Shown: one piece after another, positions 51,755-63,968 of the stretch
How the letters are laid out: every line of letters starts with the position of its first letter
How positions within the stretch are numbered: position 1 is the stretch's first letter
DNA from: Chiloscyllium plagiosum
Taxonomy: Eukaryota
Length of the DNA stretch: 64,000 bases
NCBI RefSeq assembly: GCF_004010195.1
Contig: NC_057719.1
Span: 56,121,297-56,185,296 of the forward strand
Reading direction: 5' to 3'
Program-made: the position numbers and the translations under genes
Notes under the pieces: model-generated
Database searches by the model: none
Seen by the model: the letters and a program-made list of their open reading frames with translations, nothing else
Told to the model about the DNA's origin: nothing

Positions 51755-52545
51755 TGTGGATAAATATGAAGTTATCCACTTTGGGAGCAAAAACATTATC
51801 TGAATGGCTCTATATTGACAGAGAGAATGTGCAATGAGATGTGAATGAATGCATACACTAGTAACTGAAGGTAAGCATGCAGGTACAGCAGATGGTAAAG
51901 AAGGTAAATAGTAAATTGGCCTTCATAGTAAGGAGATTTAAGTACAACAACAGGAAAGTTTTGCTGAAAATATACAGGCCCTTGATGAGACTACACCTGG
52001 AATATTGTGTCCAATTTTGGTCTCCTTATGTGAGGAAGGATGTTCTGGCTACAAAGGGAGTGCAGTGAAAGTTTACTAGATTGATTCCTGGAAAAGCAGG
52101 GCTGACACATTGAGGAGAGGTTGACTCAGTTAGGATTACACTTGCTGAAGTTCAGAAGAATAAGGAGGATCCCATAGAAACCTATAAAATTCTAACAGGA
52201 TTAAATAAAGTAGATGCAGGAAGAATCTTCCTGATGTCCAGAACCAGAACCAGGTGTCACGGTCTATGGATACAGGGTAGACCATTTGGGACTGAGATGA
52301 GGAGAAATGTCTTCACTCAGACTGTGCTAAGCCAATGGAATTTGCTACCACAGAACACAGCTAAGCTTGAAACACTGTATAATTTCAAGAAGGAGTTGGA
52401 TCTAGTGCTTGGGGCTAAAGTGATCAAAAGATAGGGACAAAGAGCAAGAATAGGCTGTTGAGTTAGCTGATCAGCCATAATCATCATGAATGATGGAGTA
52501 GGCTTGAAGGCCTGAATGGCTGGTATCTTCTATGTTTCTCTGTTT
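51755..52545 (+). mobile_element. CR1 LINE (alternative 3' UTR subfamily) 3' fragment
   Basis: IHFG, LEYCVQFWSPY, FTQ....WNLLP; UTR GATCAGCCAT..GGCCTGAATGG. Confidence 0.88.
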
Positions 52546-53154
52546 CCTTTCCTTCCCTTCTTCTGTATCAGGTGCAGAAAATTTCAAAGACCCCCATGCC
52601 GATTCAGGAAGTGGAAGATAGCATGTGTGATGATATACAACTTCCCAATTCCATGGCAAGTATTGGCTTAAAGAGCTTTATTTTAGGATTGGGATTAGAA
52701 GATGAATCTTCATGTAGTAAATCTCACAGCATAAATGTGCTGGAACTAAGATGACAGAATAAAACAACACAAGTGTGGGTGAGCTACAGGGCAAAACCAT
52801 TTTTTATTTCTGCTGCACAGCATTTAATCATTGAGTTTGAAAGCTCAGGCCACTGAACATGCGGATGATAGGTACAATTGTCAGCCTGCCAGTGAGCTGG
52901 CATGCAGTGTCAAAGAGTTAAGGAGTCAAGGCTTTTTGCAAAAGATGAAGATTAATGTATCCACCGCAATCAACTACATGATTATGATTGTGGCATTGAC
53001 TGTGATGGTATCTCTGTTGAAGGATCAGAAAGCTCTCAAAGATGCTCAGATGGCAGCCATCTTGGAATAAAATATCTGCAATGTCACCCCACATTTCCAA
53101 CTGTTCTACTGCAACATTTGGGGAAGAATGTGTCTCTCAATGTTGAAGGGGCTG

Positions 53155-53250
53155 AGGGTGTGCTTGTGGTGTGTGTGTGTGTCTGTCTTTCTATCTGTCT
53201 GTGGTTTGTGAATGACTGTCAGTGGTGTGTGTTTGTGTGTAGTTGTGTCT
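53155..53250. repeat. Degenerate (TG)n tract
   Basis: TG-rich low-complexity run. Confidence 0.75.
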
Positions 53251-54462
53251 TGACAACAGTAATGAGGCAACTCTGAAAGAGATAACCTACATTACCAGTA
53301 GCCAGCCTATAACTTGACAGTCAGGAATAAAGTGGCACAGAAGATTAATCAATCAGTCATGGTTGCTGCCAGGAAAGCAGCCACATTCCCACAAGATGCA
53401 CTAGATGCAGTTAAAAAACAGTGAATTTTACGAGACTGTAATTCATTCCAATTAAAAACATGCCAGACCTATAATGAGGAGTATGCACTGTCATATGAGT
53501 GTCCTCTGTAACACTCTGCCCTTGCAGAAACCTGAAATGTGGGTGTAGTCTATTTTCTTGTTTTGTTTCTCTTTGTCACAGCCCCCTGTATGAAGCAAAG
53601 TGCCTAAGCCATTGTTTCCCCTGAACTGAGGACAAAGACCCATTGTGAATGCATTTGTCCCACTTCTAGCTATAACTGTGTATATTATGTAGCTTCTCGA
53701 TCACTGGAGAAGCCTAATTATCATCAAAGTGTCTCAAGCAAAGTATCTGTATTAAAATAATTTAATTAGCTGTTTAATAGCCAGCATGGATATGCATATC
53801 TCTGGAGCAGTTTAATCCAATATAGTGAGCTGGCATTTCTGTTTTTTTTCCAAATGATTAGATGTCATTGTAACTCTGACAAAATGGGCCTGGTATCACC
53901 AAATTTCCAGATTGATAGTTTCAAAAACATCCAGTTTGACAATAATCCTTTCTATCTACCTAATGACTGTAAAAAGATATACCTCATTGATAACAACCAG
54001 AAGTAATTTGAATGAAATCGTAATCATTAAGTCGGCAATTTGAAATAATGAATGGTTTAAGTGTGACTAAATTTGAATAGAATCTGGACTAAGTGAATAA
54101 ACTTTGAATAGAACACTGAAGACAGGTTGATTTACAAACAGGGAACTGTTTACTGTGCAATAATAGCCAAATGTTAATTCTGCACGTGATAATGATAAAA
54201 ATAAAATGTAACTATGATGTTACAGGTAACATTATGCAACACACTGGGTCATTGCCTCTTGGTAAATTATTGCATTCAGGAGTAATCAGCTACACTACAA
54301 TTAGAAAGACTCTCAGTGAATGAGCAGATTGCGACTTTAGAACTTGAGAGACAATGTGAGATCCAGCATCTGTTTTGTTTCCCATTTTAATTTTTGATTA
54401 ATTTCTAAGTTAGTATATCTTAATTGAGGATGACACAAAGTTTACAGAGGGATAATAACCGT

Positions 54463-54762
54463 GGGTGGCACAGTGGTTAGCACTGCTGCCTCACAGCGCC
54501 TGAGACCCGGGTTCAATTCCCGCCTCAGGCGACTGACTGTGTGGAGTTTGCACGTTCTCCCCGTGTCTGCGTGGGTTTCCTCCGGGTGCTCCGGTTTCCT
54601 CCCACAGTCCAAAAAGATGTGCAGGTCAGGTGAATTGGCCATGCTAAATTGCCCGTAGTGTTAGGTAAGGGGTAAATGTAGGGATATGGGTGGGTGGCGG
54701 GTCGGTGTGGACTTGTTCCCGAAGGGCCTGTTTCCACGCTGTAATGTAATCTAAAATCTAAT
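54463..54762 (+). mobile_element. HE1-type SINE, full length, young
   Basis: A box TGGCACAGTGG, B box GGTTCAATTCC; near-identical to 26061-26363. Confidence 0.93.
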
Positions 54763-55142
54763 AAACAAGTTGAATGAATAGGTAAAAATTTGTCAGAATG
54801 CAATCTGAGGAAATGTGCGGTTATGCACTTCGCCGAAAAGAATAAAGGAGCTGAATCTAAATGCAGAAATACTGCAGAAAGCAGCAGTACACAGACACTG
54901 TGGGGGTCCTCATGCATGAATGACAAAGTGCTGGCATTCAAGTTCAGCGGCTAATAGGAAAGATAAATAAAATGTTGAGCTTTATTTTTAATGGAATAAC
55001 ATAAAAATATGGAGAACTTGCAAAATCGACACAAGGCACTACTGACACCTATAATACAATGAACAATTCTGTCTCCCTTATCTAAGGAAAGATATACTGG
55101 CATTGGAGGTGGCCCAGGGAAGATTCACAAGGCTGATCCCAA
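54763..55142 (+). mobile_element. Degraded CR1 fragment
   Basis: KCAVMHF, SPYLRKDILALE..RFTRLIP. Confidence 0.75.
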
Positions 55143-55299
55143 GATACCAGAAGTAAAAATCAGTAAACTTGGAAATTACTTGCAACTGGTCTGAACTGGA
55201 GCTCCATTCTAAGACTTTTAAAACAGGTCAGCACTAGTTCCATCTTTTACAAGTTTTACTGCATTTTCTTTCTTCTACACTTGTCGACCTTCCTTTAAC

Positions 55300-55590
55300 G
55301 ATGTCTTCCAAACCCTTTGACCTCCATCAATGGGAAGATGAAGGGCAGCAGATGTATGGTAACACCACCATGTACCTATGAGCACCATCCAAGTCACACA
55401 CTATCCTGACTTGGAACTAAATATTGCATTTCCTTCACTGTAATTCAATCAAAAATCTGGAATTGCCATCCCAGTAGCGCTGAGAATGTGTCAATCACAA
55501 GTGAGTGCACCAGCTCTTGAGGGCTATTAGGGATCGGCAAAAAATTCTGTATTTACCAGTAACATTTGCATTCCATTGAAGAATAAAATA
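55300..55590 (+). mobile_element. LINE family B 3' tail, degraded
   Basis: CTTCCAAACCC..AGGGCAGCAGAT..CCTGACTTGGAA. Confidence 0.75.
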
Positions 55591-56749
55591 ATGGATCATT
55601 TCTTGTTGAGAAATTTAAAGTTAATTCTAATGGAATTCAACCAGGTTACATTTCTGTGCAGAATGGAGATTCCATTCCATAGAAATCTGCATTGATTTTC
55701 CCAACTGACTTCCATGTGGTTAAAGATAAATTAACTATCCATCAATAGTGAAATATTAGATTTTACTAGCATCAATAGCAATTTTTAATGTGAGATTCTG
55801 TATATAGTGGTTGCTCTTGTGTAATTGAGTAGAAATATGTTCAGATAACGATAAAGAAAATCTACGCATTCTCTGATACTTCAGTATGAAACAACTTAAG
55901 CCACTTTATACTGTTGCCCTGAATCAGTAGTTACAATTTATCAATTAAACCAACACTTTACATTATCACTATCTCAGAAAATATAGAGTTATATAAAAAC
56001 ATATATTATTTCTTCCCACATGAGATCGTTCAACCCAGAAATAATTACTCTGTAAAAAAGGATTAGTGTTCTTCTGTACAGCTTTTATTATTGTGTGCTG
56101 AGCCTGTAGACCTGCCCATTTGTTAAGGGCAAGATTGGTAGTAGAAGATTTTGAAGTAGTGTGCTTATCAAAACGCAAGTTATAAATCATACAAATAGTC
56201 AGAGATCCAATTTATTCCCAATGCCAATGTCCACCAACACTGCCAGTGTTAGAATCCTGGTAATATCATAAATTTTAAACAAAGTTCAAACACCCAGATA
56301 CAGAAAAATATCATAAGGTTTCACACTATAAACAAAAACATTGACTGTACAAAAGTTAAGTATCATCAATCATCACTATATTTTAAAACATTTATAAGTT
56401 AAAGCTGGAAATTTTACCAGAACTCCTCGTTCTATTTTTATTTCTATTTAAGAGTTCCCTATACTGTACAGGATCTTGATAGTTCATTAATTTCTCCTGG
56501 GACCAAACCAAACTGTGAAACAATCTATCAGGTATCCACTTTCATTCTCCTTCAGCAGAAATAGAACTCACAACCAAACAAAATACAGCACTTCCCAACA
56601 ATCCATTCCCACAGCAAAGTACGCTGTACCACATTCGGCAAGTCTCAAATAGAGATGTAAACTAAGTATCCCAAATTTCCAAATATTTCCTTGGTTCTAT
56701 GAAACCATATGAATAATTGGTATCTCTAACTTGTTTAAGTAGTCATGGG

Positions 56750-56876
56750 AGAAAGTGAGGACTGCAGGTGCTGGAATGTGGCACTGGAAAAGCTCAGCAC
56801 GTCAGACAGCATCCAAGGAGCAAGAGCCTCGGAAGCTGCCTGACCGGCTGAGCTGTCCCATGCCACACTTTTTGAC
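56750..56876. mobile_element. 127-bp hairpin PLE mini-element
   Basis: Inverted arms GTGGCA..AGCTCAGC..GTCAG.CAGC.TCC / GGA.GCTG.CTGAC..GCTGAGCT..TGCCAC; TSD TAAGTAGTCATGGG/TAAGTAATCATGGG (56736-56749/56877-56890). Confidence 0.85.
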
Positions 56877-57936
56877 TAAGTAATCATGGGCCATATGTAA
56901 AATTGTAGTTATGTTTGGGTTGAGCCAGTTTCTCAAGCGAGGCTTTCTCCCATTTATCTTGAGTTTCAAAACTAAACTCGCAAAATTTAGAGTTATACTC
57001 CTTTAATATATGAATTATGAAATTTAATATTTGTAATGCTAGGGATTCTGGTGCTGACTGGAGACTACCAGTGATCAATGCATATTTGAAACAGGACACT
57101 TTTTAAAATTTAAATTTTTTACAAGTCTTGTCTATATTTAAACATGAAATCATCAGCTAGTCTTTTCTCCTCACAAAGTTATCAATTACAAATGGAAAAG
57201 TACCTTCTGAAATTGCCCTCTATCATGCACAACATGAATATTCACTAAAGTGTAACAATAGTTTGACAACATGTTATCTCTCAATTGATGATCTTGAATG
57301 CACAACCATGGCTCCAATGTCGAGCACCATGCCTTGCTTTCATTGCTATACTGTACATAACTTATTCAAAGTGTAATTTATAAAAACCTTTCTCAGTATA
57401 ATTAACAAATTTTTTACAGCGTTTGTCATAGTAAGTTGAAGGGTATAAAGTCTCATAAAGAGAAACTCTGTCATCTAATGCAAAGAGCTGTATAATGCAG
57501 CTAAGGATTTTCTGGCTGCTAATTTTGCTTCATAGAATCGCTAAGGGAGGTAGGAGGTGTTAATTATGGTGGTCAATCCATTCTTGGCCATTTCCAGTAC
57601 AAGTTGCTCAGGTTGCTATATTTGTGAAGTTGTCAGTGCAAGCGTACATTGTGAGCAAATGAAGCATGCATTGTCAGCAAATCTTGGCATCATATAGCAT
57701 CTAACACTGATTAGAAACCCAACCTGTTATTTTGGATGCCACAGACCTCATCTTGATTACTCACACATGGATAGGTGGTGCTCTCATTAGAGCTGCTTGC
57801 AGGCTCCAGCATGGAACATTCAAGGATTGTGTTTGTTACTTTTGTGGAAGAAGTTGTTGGTATAAGAAGACAGTGGTACTGGGCTTTTGAAAGTAATGTG
57901 GTTCAAAGGAGTTTGAAGACATTTTAGGAAAAGTCT

Positions 57937-58560
57937 TTGGGGCAGCAGTTACAGTTCCACTTGGACCATGTACAACCGGGAGATGGAGCGAAAGCAGTAA
58001 GAAGGGAAGTTATGCAGAGAGGACGAAGGATGAGGATAACTCTCAGCAGCAAGTTACACTCATCTAGTATATTCATAATGCCTTTCCGCTACATCCATCT
58101 CCAACATAAGCAGTATCTGCGATAGCTACAATTCACCAAGGAAGTGCTGTCTGAACTGTGGCTCCAGATGGACCTGCAGGAACAGAAGAGGGCAAAGTGA
58201 TATTGCTGTTACCCTAATCAGGGTTGCCATGGTGCTCAATTTCTAAACCTCACAATCATTCAAGGTTATAACCATATCAACAACATCTCTCAGTTCTCTG
58301 TACTTCAATGCGGGGACTCCTCAGTGGCATCTCTCTAAGCAAAAAAAAGCAGGAAGTCTGGGCATGTGGCTTTTCCAAAGAATAGAACTTCAATAATGCA
58401 GAAAGCAATCAACTTTTCACACTTGGCTCCACAAGCGCCACATCTCAAGGAGGAGATGTACCAGAACTGCAAGAGGTCCATTCTCTTAATATGCACGATG
58501 TGTGACAAACACAAGATTCATGAAGGTCAATGCTTAATATCTTGGTAGCAATAATTATCC
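57937..58560 (+). pseudogene. PIF/Harbinger DDE transposase (HARBI1-like) remnant
   Basis: YLR*LQFTKEVLSEL..DLQ; RVAMVLNF*TSQSF; NISQFSV; MQKAINFSHLAPQAPH...MYQNCK.FHSLNM..CD; VNA*YLGS, collinear with the GAIDCTH / NRKGFHSLN / ARYPGS motifs. Confidence 0.82.
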
Positions 58561-58869
58561 TGTCCTAGTAAGACATTCCCCAACATGATGAACCAGAGCT
58601 TATTGACAAGGAGGCCAGAGCATTGCTAACCAATGAGAGAGGGTAGGTTGTATCAGGTCTCATGAGATCAGAGCAAACTAGGCTCCACAGAGGAGGTTAA
58701 TATTTACAGGTAAGAGGTGAAGTATGATTGTGGGGATGTCCAAAGTTAGTGGGGAAGATCAGGTTTAAACAAAATACTTATCAGGTTTCAACAACCAAGC
58801 AGCAATAAGGAAAGGTAAGGTCAATTTGTTTTAGTTGCTTTGGTTTAGATATAAATTTTGGTAAGAATG

Positions 58870-59082
58870 CTTCACTTGCTTTTCTTTGAATAGTATCATC
58901 TGGTTTCTTATGATTATGTGAGCAAGTAAACACAATGTCGCTTTAACATTTCATCTGAAAGATTGTACCTCTGCCATTACAACATCCTCAGTGATGCATA
59001 TCAGTCTATATTATGTGCTTGAATCGATATTATACCTTGAATTCATGACATTCTAAGGCAGCGAAGAGTGCCATCATTGACC
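58870..59082 (-). mobile_element. Deu-domain SINE (SacSINE1/AmnSINE1-like), degraded
   Basis: TTTAACATTTCATCTGAAAGA..ACCTCTG..CCTCAGT resembles the rc of the recalled Deu core, followed by a decayed tRNA-like head. Confidence 0.55.
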
Positions 59083-59654
59083 AAAGATGACAAATTTAAT
59101 TCCTCTTGATTAAAGGCTTTGCGAAGTTGAATAATTGCCCTTGGTGAGAGAAACTTGCAGATTAGCAGCTGCTCATAAATTCTCAACTCCAGATCATAAA
59201 AAAAGTCAATTTGAAATTATTGGGACTGATCTTCCATATCTTCAGTTCATTGCACTCCCGGATAAGTTAAAGCTGTTGGGAGCTTGAGAAAATCTGGATG
59301 TGCACTTTTATGTTATAATTATGACAAAGTTTAAACTTCCAGTGGGCTGGTTTGCACTGCCTCAACATTTGTGAATGTAGCTTATAGTGACTGCAACCAA
59401 TTCATTCCACTTTGCATATTATCACTCTCAACAATGGAACTTACTCAATCTGTAAGTTCTGTAACTCTGCCAATCATTTATTTTCTTCCATCTCTTGGAG
59501 CTCGCTTTCAAGGTTTCCTTTTAATTGTATTGTTACTTTACTTTTGGATGAATTACTGAATTTTCAGTGATTCATCCACTGTCTTACCAAAACACTTCCT
59601 TGCCTCTAATGGAGGATTCTTCTCTTATGGAATTCTGCCTCTGATCCTCAATGA

Positions 59655-60145
59655 CACATAGACACATAGAAAATAAGAGCAGCTAGACCATTAGTCGCTT
59701 AGAGTCTGCACCACCATTCAACGTGATAATGGCTGATCATCCAACTTAGTACTCAGTTCCTGATTTCTCCCCCTTCAGCTCTAAAAACTATATCTCATCT
59801 CCTTCTTGAAAGCATTCAACATTTTGATCTCAACCATCGTCTGTTGCACAGAATTCCACATGCTCACAACACTCTGGGTGAAAAACAATTCTCATCTCAG
59901 TCATAAATAACCTACCCCATAGCCTTAGGCTATGACCCTTAGTTCTATTCTCTCCAATCCTCAGGAACATCTTGTGTTTATTCTTTTTAGTCCAGGTGGA
60001 ACTGTATAGGTTTCTCTGAGTTACTGTCTCATTCTTTTAAAGTTCTGTGAATATAGTCCTAACCAATCCAGTCTCTTTTCATATGTCGGTCCTGGTGTCC
60101 CAAGAATCAGATTGGGAAGCCTTCAGTGCACTCCCTCCATAGCCT
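59655..60145 (-). mobile_element. CR1 LINE 3' fragment (alternative 3' UTR subfamily)
   Basis: Reverse-complement homologue of 52050-52540. Confidence 0.85.
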
Positions 60146-60149
60146 CCAG

Positions 60150-60431
60150 AAGTTTAGGGTGAGAAAGGAAAGATATAAAAGCGACCGAAGGGGCAACTTT
60201 TTCATGCAGAGGGTGGTGCGTGTATGGAATGAGCTGCCAGAGGAAGTGGTGGAGGCTGGTAATATTGTAACATTTAAAAGGCATCTGGATGGGTATATGA
60301 ATAGGAAGAGTTTAGAGGGATATGGGCCAAGTTCTGGCAAATGGGACTAGATTAGATTGGGACATCTGGTCGGCATAGCCGAGTTGGAATGAAGGGTCTG
60401 TTTCCGTATTGTACATCTCTATGACTCTATG
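60150..60431 (+). mobile_element. CR1 LINE 3' fragment
   Basis: FFMQRVVRVWNELPEEVV..FKRHLD and a CTCTATGACTCTAT tail. Confidence 0.92.
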
Positions 60432-60434
60432 TGG

Positions 60435-61480
60435 TCTCTCCCTCATCTCTCTTCCTCTTCACAATTTTCAACCCCAGATCTATTTGTTTCATTGACATGG
60501 ATCATGTATTTAAAGTTTCTTTGTGTTTCCCTATGACTTGGGTTATTCCCAGCAGTTGAAATTCAAGTCGACCATATGCTGTCTGCATGATATTGTTCAG
60601 TTTCAGAGCATTGGTTTTTAAACTTTCAGGAATAGTTTCAATATAGTCCATGTGGCATGCTCAGATTCATGGTGTGGATTATTTTTTACCCTTTTCCTGA
60701 TCTTCCTTGTGTGAATTTCCTTTCCTTGAGAACTGTTGTATTCACTACAAAGTCCTAAGTCTACTGGGTCCTCAAGTTCATCATTATCTTTTTTGTTTCT
60801 TTTCTTTCTCATTTCCCCTTTCTCTCTGGCAGAGGTAGCCACTTTCCCATCTTCAATCTTTGTTCTGCACATCATGAGCTGTGAAGTTTGATCAATTAGT
60901 GAATATGTTTTATATGTTTCTATTGGTGAACACATGGTCATCCACAGCTTTTGTACATCTTTCTCACTATCTAATGATCCTTTTTTTGTTGCTGTTTCAT
61001 TGCATCAACCCTGTTGGCTTCCCTTGTATGAACTGAAGGCTAGCCGTTTGGATAGTCAGTGTGTTCATCTGTCTATTCATAGTTAATATCTTCTGGCAAT
61101 GTCTACAGTCTGCAAACTTTTCAGCTTGCCCTTTGTAATCACATCATTTTGGATATCAAGATGTGCAGAGTCCCAAATTAATTGATCTGTCATCTTTGAA
61201 TTGTACCCTTGAATTTACACATACTGGCTATATTTTTCAATGTTGTTATGAAATTAAACAAGCTCACCCGATTCCTGCTTCAAATTCTGAAATACATATT
61301 GATGTGTCTTTGGCAGGATGTTTGTGCTGAATTTCTCAAAGGTTTTGCCTTGATGTTTAGGTTTGTCCTCACTCAAGTCCCAGCTATTGAGAGGATCTAA
61401 TGTTTTACCTCACGCACATAAAAGATGAAGCTGACACTTTGCCTTTTAGAAAACTACTGAATGCCAGTCAGTATTTTTGT
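60435..61480 (-). pseudogene. LTR-retrotransposon (Gypsy-type) gag/protease remnant
   Basis: NSWDLSED....TFEKF....PK..YVFQNLKQESGE..FITTLKNIASMCKF (gag Q..GE...F..RL..LA..C.F motif); VDIAR; downstream TAYG...LLG protease-like segment. Confidence 0.7.
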
Positions 61481-62699
61481 TTAAACTCAGTTGCCTCTAC
61501 AATATTATAGGTTGTTCTATTCTTGCACAATTCACTCCATCCATGTCTCTCTCTCTCACACTAATTTAGGTTAATTACTTTTCAATCTAATTCAGCATTT
61601 ATTTCATTTTATATTGTGTGGATTTTACTCATAAATACCTCCTAATACTATTTTATGTCCTGTGCTTCCTTGAATTCTGAAATAATCACATTTTTTGACA
61701 TATATACTGAAACCTCTCATCAAGCACATTTCTTTCAATCTCCATGTGCTGCAGAATGATAGATTGTTGGCTTGGTGTACAGACAATCATGCAGTAATGT
61801 GTGATGTGGCACCCCGAATACTTAAATGTAAAAATATAGTTGCGAATTCAGGTTTAATAATATATTAACACAATGCCAGTGTGAGGAGAGGAAAGGAAAG
61901 ATTAAAAGAGAATATCTGTGATCGGATTAAAATGATGAGAGATTAAATGACAAAAGGGATAGTGTGAGGCAAAATAGAAATGTTAACTGCACAAGTAAAA
62001 AAAACAAAAGAGTGAAGCAGTGTGTCATTGACACAACAAATAAGAAACATTTCAATTTTTCTCAGGAGTGGGACATGACTACAGACATCTGACAACGATT
62101 TAAAAATACAAATTTTTATAACATGAGAATGCCAGAATTCCTATTCTCTCAATATTCTAATTAAATTACATGACCTTACAAAGTAAATTGCATTCAACAA
62201 CATAGTAGACACAACATATCAAATCAAAAGTACAGAAGACAAGAACCTATCAGAAATCTTACTCTATTTTGCTCTGGAGTCAGGTTTAGTGTTGATACAG
62301 GATTTAAAATTCCAATTTAATATATATTTAAATTTAAAATTAAACAAGTATCTAAGTAACGAAATAGAAAGAGTATGGCTGCAAACCAAGAGGCAGAGAG
62401 GGTTGATGTACATTGTACATTTAAATATTAGTCAAGAAGTGGATTAGCAGTGCAATTCACTCCAATACTAAACTTGTAAATGAGCACAAGGGAACAAGTT
62501 TATGCCCACAGGTTGAACTACACAGCAATGAATATCTCCACAGTAAATTAGAAGCTCAATAAGTTCCCTTTGGGATTCAAAGGCGACTGACCACAGGAGT
62601 TGAAATATTCATTGGAAAAAATGTTGCATGAGTTAGAAACACTACAAAGCTATTTCATGAGCTATTATATTAATAATCATCTTCTCTAATATTTAAGTT

Positions 62700-63060
62700 T
62701 CCAATGTAAAATAATTTTCTGCATCAACACTTGGACATTGTTCTACTGTGTTATCCAAATGCGGATTTCACTGACTCTTTAATTCTCAAATAATCTTGCA
62801 CCAAGAATCTTATCAGCTCCTCTGCAAAAATAAGTATCTACAACACTTGTCTTATTTGTTTGCAGTTGCAACTCCACTGTACATTTTAAAAATCCATTAC
62901 ATTTGTCAGGCATGATTTAACTTTCTCAAATCCATTTGAACTCTCATTTATCATGTTCAAGTTAATGGATGATTATAATCTCTAGTAGTAATCTGTGATC
63001 ACTCCATCACTGAAGTTTGTTAAGTAGTCTATGACTCTCATGTTGTTGCTTCTACCAACT
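62700..63060 (-). mobile_element. Very old CR1 RT fragment
   Basis: rc NGFEKVKSCLTNVMDF, matching HGF.KG.SCLTNL.EF. Confidence 0.6.
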
Positions 63061-63545
63061 CTTAATTAGAAAGATTGCCCAAATCAAAGTTTTCAGCCCC
63101 TGAGAATTTTTAAGGTTTTTAAAAGTGGTCTTTACCAAAATTTCCCACTGGCCTTTGTTTTGCTATCCTCAAATGTTTATAACCAAACCCTTTACCTAAT
63201 TTTATCACTCAAAATTTCCTTGTAATAATTACTCATGTCAGTTCCATTCCACCCAATCTATGGCTTGTTTTTATCATTGTGGTTTGTCAACAGAGTGTAA
63301 TTAGATAGGAATGTGATGTTGATTGAATATGTCACAAATTTCTGCAAGTTGTAATTAGCATATGAAGAAGAAATTGTAAAAGTAAGTTTGCATTCAAATC
63401 ATATATTATAAAATTTATTGCTACAGCAACTTTTCAGCAAAAGGTTAGAGGTTTTACAATATTCCCAGTGTTCACCTCAATAAAGTCTGAATAAAAGTGC
63501 AAAATAACATTTCTGTGAGATGATTTTGGAAAGTTTCTAGGGTAA

Positions 63546-63968
63546 TATTTTGCATCAGTATTTACTGTGAAGTATTTTGCATCAGTATTTACTGCGGAAA
63601 AGGATATGAAAGATATAGACTGTAGGGAAATAGAAGGTGACATCTTGCAAAATGTAAAGATGACAGAGTGCTACATGTCTTGAAACACAGAAAAGTGGAT
63701 AAATCCCCAGAACCTGATCAGGTGTACCCTAGAACTCTGTGGGAAGCTAGAGAAATGATTGCTGGGCCTCTTGCTAAGATATTTGTATCATCGATAGTCA
63801 CAGGTGAGGTGCCGGAAGACTGGAGGTTGGCAAACGTGGTGCCACTGTTTAAAAAGGGTGGTAAGGACAAACCAGGGAACAATAGACCACTGAGCCTGAC
63901 ATTGGTGGTGGACAAGTTGTTGGAGGGAATCCTGAGGGACAGGATGTACATGTATTTGGAAAGGCAAG
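63546..63968 (+). mobile_element. CR1 LINE internal ORF2 fragment
   Basis: YFASVFT, KSPEPDQVYPRTL, PEDWRLANVVPLFKKG, RPLSLT. Confidence 0.92.

Noticed and set aside
52572..52655. 84-nt frame-preserving AG..GC candidate exon
   Set aside because: The pyrimidine tract derives from the adjacent CR1 tail and the peptide is unrecognised.
56472..56531. 60-nt CAG..GT candidate exon (DLDSSLISPGTKPNCETIYQ)
   Set aside because: Weak donor (GTATCC), no homology recognised; expected by chance in 64 kb.
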